64,000 nt of DNA. Source: Rhynchopus sp. YZ270_cl-10. Taxonomy: Eukaryota. The translations under genes and the position numbers were made by a program. Every line of letters begins with the position of its first letter. Positions within the stretch are counted from its first letter, which is position 1. This document shows, in pieces, positions 48,611 to 59,796 of this stretch. The notes beneath the pieces were generated by a model. It searched no databases, was not told where the DNA came from, and saw nothing but the letters and a program-made list of their open reading frames with translations. The stretch covers positions 1,798,001-1,862,000 of the forward strand of contig OZ037834.1 in the NCBI GenBank assembly GCA_964035575.1, written 5' to 3'.

Positions 48611-49381
48611 TAAAGTGAACATTATTTCACGAGGTGGTGGGTGACTCAAACTGGGGCTCAACTTCACGAAGCGAGTGGAGTTCAGCATTTTGATTTCATG
48701 AGTGAAGTGAGTGTAATCATAAAAGTGATGTCACGAGCGATAGCGAGTGGGTATCACGTATTCCAGTTTGTGAATCACCCATCAGTTAAATAATGTTCAC
48801 TTTAGTTTTCGATACGTAATTTTATACCACGCGTGAAAAACGTAAACAGGTGAAAAAGTGAGTGAAATAAGATTCGTTTTATTTCACGTTTTATTTCACG
48901 CAAATCGTGAAGGATTGGGTGGGGGAGTGAAATAAAAGATCACGGAGTGATCTGAAGGACACGACGTGTTCTTCCCTGGGCTCGTTCGCTCCTGAAAGTC
49001 TGTTGAAACGGAGGAAATCGTCCCATGTTTTCCTGTACTGCACACCACTGTTCATGTCGTCATATGCATCCTCCATCTCCGCAAACTTGCGCGTGGGTTT
49101 AGGCATGTGTGTAAGAGGCAATAAATAATCTGTAATTTGAAGTGTGGTGGTGTGAGGGGTGGAGCGTGGGCTCAACGTTCCACTGTTTACACCTATAAAT
49201 ACGTTTTTCACTTGTGGAATAAAATTACATATTGAGTGAAATAAGAACATTTTCTTGCACTTGCCACTAAAAAGGCACCCTCGTGACTCTCTCACTCTTA
49301 TTCCCCTCGCTTCGCTCGGGAAATAACGCACTCGGGCACCTTTTTAGTGGCGCGTGAAATAAAATAGTTCTTATTTCACTC
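48611..49381 (-). mobile_element. Crypton-like deletion derivative with fold-back ends and a tyrosine-recombinase-like N-terminal fragment
   Basis: Left fold-back 48611-48804, right fold-back 49234-49381. Minus-strand ORF 49106-48891 contains SGVQYRKTWDDFLRF...PREEHVVSF. Confidence 0.5.
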
Positions 49382-50105
49382 GAATAAATAGTTATTATCT
49401 CACGGGCAATAATGTTGTGCTGCGTTTTCGAAATTCCTACAGTATATTTGACAAATGATGTATGACCACCTAGTACGGGGCGTCAAGGTTGGGTATGGTG
49501 AACAGTTCCTCGAAGTCCTATGACTGCAACCCTTTTGGTTGCATGCGCAGATCTCCTCCACATTGCTTTTGCGCCTACTCTCGGCATGGGTTTTGTTTTG
49601 TTCTTTGTGTGCGGAGATAATGTCTACTGTATTTTGTGTAATCTCCAGGAAGGAATTTCGAAAACGCGGCTAAACATTATTACACAAGTGAGATAAAAAA
49701 TTGTTGGCTCTCTCTCTGTTGTTTTGGCTTTTGTTTTTTTGTCTATTTGTGACGAGGCCTGGAACACCTGAACATAGGCATATCTGGAAAATCTATCTGA
49801 GGTGTGGCAAATTAAATATATTCAAGCGTGTGGTTGAGGCGCACCTAAACATAAGTAAGTGCCAAGTCTGAACATTTATTTTCAGAGGCCTTAGTGAGGC
49901 TGTTTCGGCCTCGTTGCATTGTATCATGATGTAATAAGGTTCACATACTTTCGATTCAAAGAAGAGAAAGCACACAAGAAAATAAAATGCTGCAAACCAC
50001 TGGGTGTGTTGTTTGCATCTACACAAGTAACTGAAAGTTAAACATTTACATACCTTGTCTTCCCCGTAGCCTCCGCCTTCGCTGCTGTCAAGCTGCCTTC
50101 TCTTG

Positions 50106-50217
50106 GTACCCAGTACCCAGTACCCAGTACCCAGTACCCAGTACCCAGTACCCAGTACCCAGTACCCAGTACCCAGTACCCAGTACCCAGTACCCAGTAC
50201 CCAGTACCCAGTACCCA
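50106..50217. repeat. (GTACCCA)16 perfect tandem repeat
   Basis: Direct reading. Confidence 0.95.
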
Positions 50218-51975
50218 AATTGGTCGCCCCCTGGTTGGTCGAGAACCTAAAAATGCAAAAAAACGCAAAATTCATGTGTTTTGACCATGTCTGGGTACAC
50301 CAAATACACACCTCTGAACAAGCCTATACCCAGTAGTAGGCAACAAGCGCTATTTTTTGACCAAGAAAAAAAAAATCCCCCAAAAATTGGGTGTAGTAGG
50401 TCATAAAATGGCCCAAAAAATTCAAAGAAAACCTCAGATTGACCAAACAATGAAAAAAATTTTCAAGTCAAATTTTCAGCCAAAATACGGCTATTTTGGT
50501 AAAACCATGTGTACTGTAGTGGCTATACAAGGCGATTTTCGGCCAAAAAAATTTTTTTGGCCAAAAAAAAAATTTTTTTTTCGGCCCAAAAAAAAAAAAA
50601 ATTTTTTTTTTGGGTCCGACTGTCGGACCCCAGAGTCCGACAGTCGGACTCCAGAGTCCGTCTGTCGGACTCCAGAGTCCGACAGACGGACCCCTGAGTC
50701 CGTCTGTCGGACTCAGGGGGTCCGACTGTCGGACTCAGGGGGTAAGTCCGTTATTTACACACTCCAAGCACGACAGACCGCACCGTGTCTGCAAAGCTTA
50801 CTCCTATTTTTTTTTTTGAATTCTGCGAAGAAAAAAAAATCGTAGCCTGCTATTCCTGTGATAGTAGTCATAAAAATTAAACACAATTTCTTTTTGGATG
50901 CAACTCATATTGTCTACGCACAAATTAATTCAGAGCGATCGCAAGCGACCCTTTTTTTTCCCCCAACCAAAGACCATGGAGTCGCAGTCAGTCTGGCTAC
51001 CTTTTTTTTATTAATGCTGGCGCGGGCAGCGGTACACACGGCAAACCCCTGGGTGAACCACAGGAGAGACCTGGGGAACTGGGTTGCTGACCGCAACAAA
51101 TGCATATCTTTCTTATAGGTGACCTATGTACAGTGAGGTTTATACTTCATCCTACGCAAACCTTTTGTTGTTTTTTTTTGTGTTTTCTGTTCTTGTCTGC
51201 ATCCTGCCTCAGATGCCCCTCCTCCTCGCACCCCATCTTCATTTAGATGTGTGCGTGCACAATGTGAGACACATTCAGTTGTTCAAAAAATTTTCTATAT
51301 TGGTGCTTTCGGAAATCGGTCAACGACCTGTCGGTGACCTGTCAATATCAGGGGGTGTGTGTATAGAGTCCCTGTGTCAGCGACCTGTCAATGTCGACCC
51401 CTCCCGGAGTATATTATATTCCTTTTTTTTTGTTGCCTTGCCCCTGCTCAGAGACATAGTGTTAGTATTATTATTTCCTGGTGTTTCGGAGGGGGCCTAC
51501 GTTGACATGTCCTTGATATGTCCTTGACAGGGTTTTCCGGAACACCATCACCGTATAAATAAATATTCTGGGACGGAATAAAACTGGGACGATAGAGGGG
51601 TTTTCCTTACACGCAGTTATTAGAGAGAGTTTTATCGCCTGATACCGACTATTTTCTTCCCTTTAAAAAAATCACTTTGCGCCAAAATTGAGATCTCACA
51701 CACTGTTTTTGGCTTGCGTTCAACGAAAATAATCTTCCCCTTTCTCATCAAGATCAGGTGGCGACAGTAAACGGGTTTTGCGTCCCAGATTTATTCCATC
51801 CTAAAATTATTTATACGGGGGTTTTCTCTCCAATTTGGGGTCAAGAGGGGAAACCATTTGTTGTTGTTTTTGCACCCTTCTCTATATTGAGTGCGTCCGT
51901 AGAGACGTTTCCCCTCCACTATAAAAGGATAGTGAAGAACTGTCAATGGCAGCTACACTAAACCAAAACTGATTA

Positions 51976-52080
51976 CAGTAGGACAAAGTAATATTGGCGA
52001 CCAAAAAAAAAAAGTCGCCAATTGCAAGGAAAACCCCAATCCACCAATATTATTTGGTCGCCAAGTTTCTTGTCCTACTG
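51976..52080. mobile_element. Tc1/mariner-type MITE
   Basis: TIR CAGTAGGACAA; TA TSD. Confidence 0.85.
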
Positions 52081-54314
52081 TATCAAAAAAGGCTTCGGCC
52101 GGACATTGAGTACAGGTATTTTTTATTATACCAGTAGGTATAAAGTGATTGTCAATACAACACGAAAAAAAAACAAAAAAAAAAAATCTTTGCTATATTC
52201 TTCCCTTCCACACCCTTCACTTTCTTTCTGTAGGCCGCTTATAGGTCCTCACTGTATATGCTTTGTTAAATAGGAACGATGTGCAAGGGCAATGCACATT
52301 CGCTCATAAGACTTTTTTTTTGAAATTTTCGTGTGTTAATAACACAGACTTCTGTCTGTGGTCTGTGGGGGGGAGGGGTTAGAAGGCTTGAAGGAATAGG
52401 GGGGGAGGGGTGGAGACTGTGTGAAGACAGCTCCACTAAGCAGATTGTCAAAAATAGAGTTAACAATGAAACAAAAGTATTCAAAGAGCAAAACGTACGT
52501 ATTTTTTTCTTTTGATAATTTGATAAATAGACGACGTGTAGTCACCTTGCTTTTTTTTTTCGTATGATCTCCGCGCAGCCGTCACCTTCCTATCTCGCGT
52601 TTCGGGGTACTGTTTTTTTTTACCTCTTTTTTGCAAGTAGTCCGGGTATTGTACTTTCGCACTGCCGGGTTTTGCAAAAAAAAAAGTAAAATTGCAGTGT
52701 TTTTTTTGTACCCTTACCGGAGGCGTTTGCCTGTCTATATACCTGTTGCAGAGTGATTTGGAGTGCTTGCCACTCAGATTTAGTTTCAAAGTAGAAATCA
52801 TGCAGTATTTCATCAATTTTTTTGTAAGGTACACTGCCGCGAGAGGGCTTTTTTTTTTCGTATTTGAAGCCAAATTTACTATGTCAAAATGGTGTGTAAT
52901 ATAGTGGAGCTCATCCCTCGGGTGTCTTCATGAAATACAAACCAAGTTTTTTCAAATAAAGCAAACCGCCAAGCTCTAAAGAAAACATCCCCATCCTAAC
53001 GTCCCTCTCGCTGGAGACAGAGAAGGGAATGAACGTCGGATGAAATAGAACAGACAGCAACATAGACCTGAAAATAGTCAAAATATGACAACCGATACTC
53101 CCTACCCTCCACCCCCCTTCCCCTATATTTTAGTAAGACACCTCGCGATTTTTTAAAAGTTTCTCAAAATATGGTTTTTTTTCTGTCTGTATGACCTGAT
53201 TTTCACCCCCACTCACTCCCCAAACTCCGAAATGGAATTCTCTGAAAAAAAAAAAAGCCCTTTTTTTTAACCCTCCCCCCCGACAGCGAGGCTACCTATC
53301 ATATTACAGAGGGTTGTTTCAATTCCCCCGTCTTTAGTTTTGATTAGGTGACTAAGCACGAGAGGCTTAGGTTCATCTTATAAACTTTTCTTAGATTTTC
53401 GCTGTGCACACTCCACCGCGATTCCTCATATGCACACACAACTCGGATACTGTACGTTGTTGACATTCTTCTCGCGCGTCTTCCATCCCTGATGCAATGA
53501 CCAATATATTCAAAAAATAATTTCAAATCCCAGCGAGGGTCCCTCAAGGGTCCCTCGCGGCACCTCGCGACGCAAAGCAAGTGCGATCTTGTCGGTTGAA
53601 CATTCTCAATCAACCAGTTTTCCCACGAGGGATCACAATACGTTGTTCTCTAATGAGAGCATTTTTTTGTGTGGATGCTGCAATGCAACACGAAACTCAA
53701 CAACACGAAGAGACACAAGTAACTTTTTATACCTGCAAGCGTAGCTTAAAGGAGAAATAGTTCCTTCCGATACGGTCGCCAAATCACCCCCTCCAACAAG
53801 GTTGAGAATTGAGAAATAATAAACGGAAAAAAAAACATTAAACTTTCCTCACTTTATTTCTGTGGTAGCTCCACGAGAGGAAAAGGCAGAAAACGGCACC
53901 ACAGATATCCGTGATATCTGTGATGCCGTTTTCCCTCTTTTTTTTTTTTAGGAAATTCCCTGCCCTTCCTTCCGGAAGTTTTTTTTGGGCTTCGGGCTGA
54001 TTCCCTTTCGTGAAGATCTTTGTATTTGGTGAAACTCCGCTGGCTTCATCCTCCTACCAGATTTTCTTAAAACGAAATTCCTCAAGACAAACCCCTCCCT
54101 CCTCTTTCCCCCCCTCCCACATCCAGCATTATACACTCCTAATACACACAACATGCAAGCCTGAGAAACGACGAAACGGGGCCTTCCTATTATTGGAGAC
54201 ACACACGACACTGTCACGCTATTCCCTTCCATTACAACCTTGCATCCACTGGCAATACCTTCAAAAAGTACTTCCGTCTTTTTCCCCACATCTTCTTCGT
54301 CTTCTTCTTCTCAA

Positions 54315-55363
54315 ATGGCGCAGATTGACTCAATTCTTCCGCCACCTCCTGCGGCGCACATTAATGAAGACATCTGTGTTGAATGTGGTGTACGCTGGCT
54401 TGATGAAAACGATATGTACTCCTTTAAGTGTGGTCACATCATACACAGACGCTGCTGGAACACCAGGCAGGAGTGCAAAGAATGCACCGAAACGGATTCG
54501 CAGTTTGAAGCCCGAATGGATCAGTACGAAGCCATCATTGGGCATGCCAGACAGAAGGCCCATGCGGTCCGAGACGTGGCAGAAGGTGAGAGGGATGGCG
54601 AGAAGAAGCGCAACCAGAACCGCTCTCTACGCCAACCTCACCGTCACACAGTGCGTGCAAAGGGCAAATCCTCGCGGAGGATGCGGCAAGGTATGCTTGG
54701 AGGTGACAATAGTCATTTTTTTTTCTTTTTTGCTTTAATTCGACAACGGGGCGCCACGGTGCGGCCTTTTTGTCTCTAAAAACGTTTCCTTCAACAGATG
54801 CCGCATCTACACGGGATACGGAGTCGACATCTATAGACAATACATCGCGCCCTCCTCGTGCCGCTACTGCTCTGGCTGGAGAGGTTGCTGCCTCTGAGAC
54901 GTGGATGCACAAAGCGAAGGCGGCGATTGCGAACACAGCAACGGCAACGGCAACGAGCACCCCAGGTCAGTCTCGACTGCAGGGCACTCTGGCAGGGGCA
55001 GGTGGGCACAATGCCAACCCCGATGCGCATGGCGTGAACGTCGCGCCACGGCGTTTCATTAGTGTGCCGGTAGCTGCGCCGAGGGAGGATGCGATAAAGG
55101 GTGATGCAGGGATTCTCGGGTTTGACAGCTTCAGCAAATCGCAGAGGGATGTGACCAGGAGGACGGTGGTGATGCCTGCGGGAACGGTGTCGGTGGGTGG
55201 CGGTGCACCGAAAAGCATCGTCTCAACTACGGTCGGGCGCAGTGTGCGTGTCCAACCACGCGACCCAAACAACGGTTTCGACAGCTTCAACGAAGAAAAG
55301 CGCAAGCGTGTCAGACAGGCCGGCCGGAGGAGGCCTTCGGGATACACTCTGCAGTTATTGTGA
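54315..55363 (+). CDS. RING-H2-like zinc finger protein; 2 exons
   Basis: CVEC...CGHIIHRRC...CKEC. A phase-1 intron 54691-54797 (GTATGC...CAACAG) joins the two ORFs in frame. Confidence 0.8.
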
Positions 55364-56113
55364 AGGAAAATCGGAGGGGGAGTTTTGGTAGTACTTTTTA
55401 AGTGCTTTTTTAAAATTGCAGTTTTTTTGTGTCTATGTTGTCATACCACTTCCTACCCTCATTAGCAACCGCATCCGTTTTGTAATTTTTGTTATAGTCA
55501 ACAGCGTCGACTTAGGCACTATGTCGAGAGCTACATGCCGTTACTCCATCATTCTTTTTCCCCTTCTTCAAGGTGATTTTTGTGCATTCCTGCATCTCTA
55601 ATGTAAATATGTAGAGAGACACAAATGCACCGTAAATTAGGTGCGCGAAGCAACGCACTTTTTCTCTTTTTAATTGTGCTTTTCATCTTGGGGTCAGTCG
55701 GGAGGTGTCTGCACGTCAACTTTATTTATCTTTTTGTTTAGCTGCGGTTATGATGGCTTCTGCCTTAGGAAGACCATCCCCATCTCTTCTACAGATGCTG
55801 TTATTTATTTTTTTTTTCTGTGATTCATTTCAATCATTTTTGGAAAAATTATGAAAAAAAAAAAAGAACAGAAAACAAAGCCCTTCTTCGCTGAAGAGCT
55901 TAAACCTTTTTCTATGACATTTAATATTAAAAGGTAGGTCCAGGAGACTACGGTGCGAGGTTGTTTGGGGCGACCTTAATTGTTATTTTTAGTTAGAGAG
56001 ACCTACGCACTGAGAGCCTTAGGTCCATCTTGCCCAACTTTTCTATGATTTGCAAGAGCATATGATGTGTTGCAACTTCTCCCAATACTTTCCGTTGTCC
56101 TGACTTGAAAGTA

Positions 56114-56354
56114 CAGTGGTTACAGTGGGGCGCTATATTACGGGTGCGCCTAATTATGGGTAACTTCAATATTTACCCATAATTAAGTTACCCGTAATAA
56201 AAACGCGCCCGTAATATGCCCCACTGTAAAGAAATTTCCGCCTAGAGAAACTGCTCGAAAGAAAAGAAAAAAAAAAAATCCCGCCTGAAGTAAATTCCGG
56301 CATTGATTTCAATCCCGCCTTTTTTCTTTAGACGGAACGTTTCTTTAACCACTG
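56114..56354. mobile_element. Tc1/mariner-type MITE with a second MITE (56123-56226) nested in its left TIR
   Basis: Outer TIR CAGTGGTTAAAGAAA is restored after removing the inner CAGTGGGGC..GCCCCACTG element and one TA; both elements have TA TSDs. Confidence 0.88.
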
Positions 56355-59300
56355 TATAGCGTGCTTTTTTTAAAGTTTTTTTACAAAATATGATTTAGTG
56401 AGTGTTGCCTGAAGTGCCCCCTATATTTTTTTTTTTTTTTGCTCACCTTTCTTTTTTTTTTTTTGCAGTTTCATTATAAAAACTGCGATTATCACCATTA
56501 TTTTGTGATGTGTTGTTGTGCCCTTGTTTTGAAGAAAAGGTCTTGTATTTAATTATACGTGCGCCTGCGAACTGAGTGGAAACGATGATTTGTGTTACAG
56601 ATTTGGGCCAAGGGTGTGGTAGTGAACCACAAAAGAGAACCACAAATAACCCCATCTGTGTGGGATATTAGTACTGTGTTGTGTTGTGGTTGCCTATCCC
56701 CCCCTTCTCGCTACCCCCAAGATTTGAAAAAAAGTGAAAATTTTGTTTTTTAAAAAAAGTGGAGATTGCACAAAACTGTGGCAACACAACCCGAGGCAAC
56801 TACACTACACCCAACAATTTATCAAAAAAAAAAACACACAGATATGGGGCAGAAATAGCCCCGATCTCTTTATAGAAAAGATCGTCGTTCAAGACCTACC
56901 CTACTCTAAATGGGTTTCTTGAGGGTCGATGCGGAGGAAGTGGAAAAAAAGCAGGGGAAAAAAAAAAAACAACAATAACAGAACTCGAACACATCGGAGA
57001 AAGGGAGAAGAAAAAAAAGAAGGCGGGACGGAAGGAGGAATCAGAGAAGGGGAGGGAATGCAACCAGCGCTCTGTGCTGCACCCTATACCTCTCTCTCTA
57101 GAAGGGTGCCTATATTCGTCGCTCGAGATACTTTTTTTTTTTTTGTCTTTTCTTCAGTCAGTGCCTTGCGTCCCAGAGGTGTTTGCACTATCAATTTCAC
57201 TATTTTTTTTTTTTGTATAAGTGAGAACAGACAGGCTTGGTATCTTACCCAACTATTGTATTTATTGTCTCCAAGATTCGTCAGCTTTTTTGTGTTTTTC
57301 AGCAAAATATTAATCCCGTTGATAACTTATTATGTGTTGCGATTTTCTTATTTTTTTATACTGATTTGCTCTTAGAGACTATGCACAGAGGGAGAGGTGC
57401 ATATTTCATCTGACATGACGTTCTCTTTCTCTAGCTTTTTTTTTTTTTTTTAGTTATTCCCACGAAGCTTGCTTTAAAGGAGAAATAGTACCGGGTACGG
57501 TTGCCAAATCATCCCTCAAACAGGATGGTGCAATCAACGAGACAGTTTTACCTACCCCGATCCTACTATTTTGTTTTTGTTGCTCGGTGTCTGTTTAGAG
57601 GCCGTTATTTTCCCTTTTTATTCTCCTTTTGCGCCATCTAGCTTCATTTCCCCTTTTTTTTGTCACTGTATCGTTTACAGTGCTGTGTTTTTCATCTTCA
57701 AATTTTGGGGATTTTTTTTGAAATACTTTTTTTTTGTATTGTCTTATGAACAACACAAAACAAAAAAAAAATGCTCGGGCGTTGCTGGTGCTCGTGCTGC
57801 TATAGACTTGGGGGCTTTCGTCGTCTTGGCCCTCCCCATCCATCAATGACGCAGGGTGGTCAATCACACCACGTCAGCATGGAGGGGTGGGTTAGGTTGA
57901 TGACCCTCCTATTAGGGTGTGAATCTGAGCGTTGTGAGACACATTCACCCCTTTAAAAAAGGTGGATAATCATGAGAGGCTTAAGCCTTTTCTTGAGTGT
58001 TTTTTTTTTCCTCTTTTTTTCTCTGTTGCGCTGTAACCTGCTTTTGTGTCGCTTAATTGCCAGCACTGTTTTCAGCTGCGCCTATTCTAACCTTTTCCTT
58101 TTATATTACCCTTTCTTCGCTGCACTGTCTTTTTGTTGCAAAGAAAATATGTGCTCCGGTCAGGGGGGTTTTTTTTGTTGGTGTTCACATGGTGGAGAAG
58201 AGTGTTCTTATTGCACCTATATTCCCCGTAAACGAATTCTTTTCGCCAAGAAAAGAAACGTATATGAAATAACTATATTCCTCATAGACAAAGGGACAAA
58301 TGTGATAAAGGTGAGAAGGATGACCTGAACGGACATCTTTCAAATCTCATTATGATAACGTGCACAAAGAGGCATTTTAGCTTTTTTTTTAGATTTGGGG
58401 ATATGTAAATAACACAGAGAGGTGCATGTACCGTTTGTGTTGGCATATAAACTCCATTTTTCCCCCCCTTCAAACTTAAGTAGGAGAAACAGTTTTTCTC
58501 TGAAAAAAAGGATCCCAATTTTAGAAAGCAACAACTTTCAGAAAAAGTCGCCCCACTCTTTGTGTGGTTTTTGCTCAAAATGTTATCCCCTCTCCCCTCT
58601 GAGCTTCATCCAGCCCCCCCATATTGTCATTTTTCTTTCAAGGTGACCAAGCAGTGACTACGCAGAGGCTGAGGGTCATCTGATACCTTTCGTTTTACTT
58701 CTTTTTAGGTGTGTGGTATACATTCACCTTTTTTCAAGTTTTTTTTTTCTTTCCTCAGTATTTTTTTTGAACAGTGTAAAAGGCTTTTCAGTCACGAGAG
58801 GGCTTTGCCTGTACTTTAGGTGACTGAACAGGTTCATCTCATAAACTTTTCTTTGTCAGTGCCTTGCGTCCCAGAGGCTGCACTATCAACTTCACTTTCT
58901 TTTTTTCACCTATGAATTTTTTTTAAGTTTGATTGGGTTGTCAGACCACAGTATCCCATACTTTTAGCAAAATAGTATACACATTAGTCACTGAATAACT
59001 ATTATCGAAGATAGTTACAACAAGGTTGGAATACTTCGAGAGGTTTTCCTTCTGTGAAGACCCCGGTCTGACCAAAGCTGTGATCATGAAGAGAAATTTA
59101 AGATGTAAACCACGAAATAGATGCAGGACCGCATGACTGGGATCTACCCTACCGTGCAGCAGTCAATGTACCAAAGATGCACTATTTCAAATCTACATTT
59201 TGTTTTTCTATTATCGCTCATTTTACCTTTTTTTTTTTGCACGAAAACTTTGCTTGGATAAAAAAAAATAATTTCCCCAAACAGCTTCACAACCCCCTTT

Positions 59301-59466
59301 CTCCCCTTCCTGTGATGTGCTGACCTATGTCGAAGAAAGCAAATGAAATCCCCCCCAACTCTTTTGCCATTCTACCTCTAGGAACTTCTAGGGATTTTTT
59401 TTCGTCAAATTTCCTGTGAAGAAAAAAACCGTGGCGTGCTATCTAGTAGATAGTAGTCTATAATTA

Positions 59467-59566
59467 CCGTCTTCGTAAAAATGTTCGACCGTAAAAAAGG
59501 ACGAACTTCCAGAAAAATCCGGAAAAGGACGAACTTTATTACGGTCGAACATTTTTACGAAGACGG
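59467..59566. mobile_element. Tc1/mariner/pogo-type MITE
   Basis: Perfect 28-bp TIR CCGTCTTCGTAAAAATGTTCGACCGTAA; TA TSD. Confidence 0.9.
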
Positions 59567-59796
59567 TAAACAAAAAATTATAAGTCAAATTTATAGCACC
59601 TACCCCTACCCCAGCTTGTCGTTACCTTTTGCAGTTAACATCAAACTAAAATGCTTTTTTCGGCAAAAAAACAAAAGCCAAAGCAATACAGAGAGAACCA
59701 ACCAATTTTTCAACATACAAACGATCTTTCGATACCCCTACCCCAGAGTCTCCCCTATACACACCTCCCTTCCTCCCCCTTCCCCACCCCTTACAC

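Larger units (their letters stand above)
45941..50787. mobile_element. ~4.85-kb CACGG..CCGTG composite element (CACTA/CMC-like) with nested insertions
   Basis: TIR CACGGTGCRGTCTGTC; TC on both sides; GTCGGAC/GTCCGAC subterminal arrays at both ends (~45965-46100, ~50612-50740). Confidence 0.75.
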
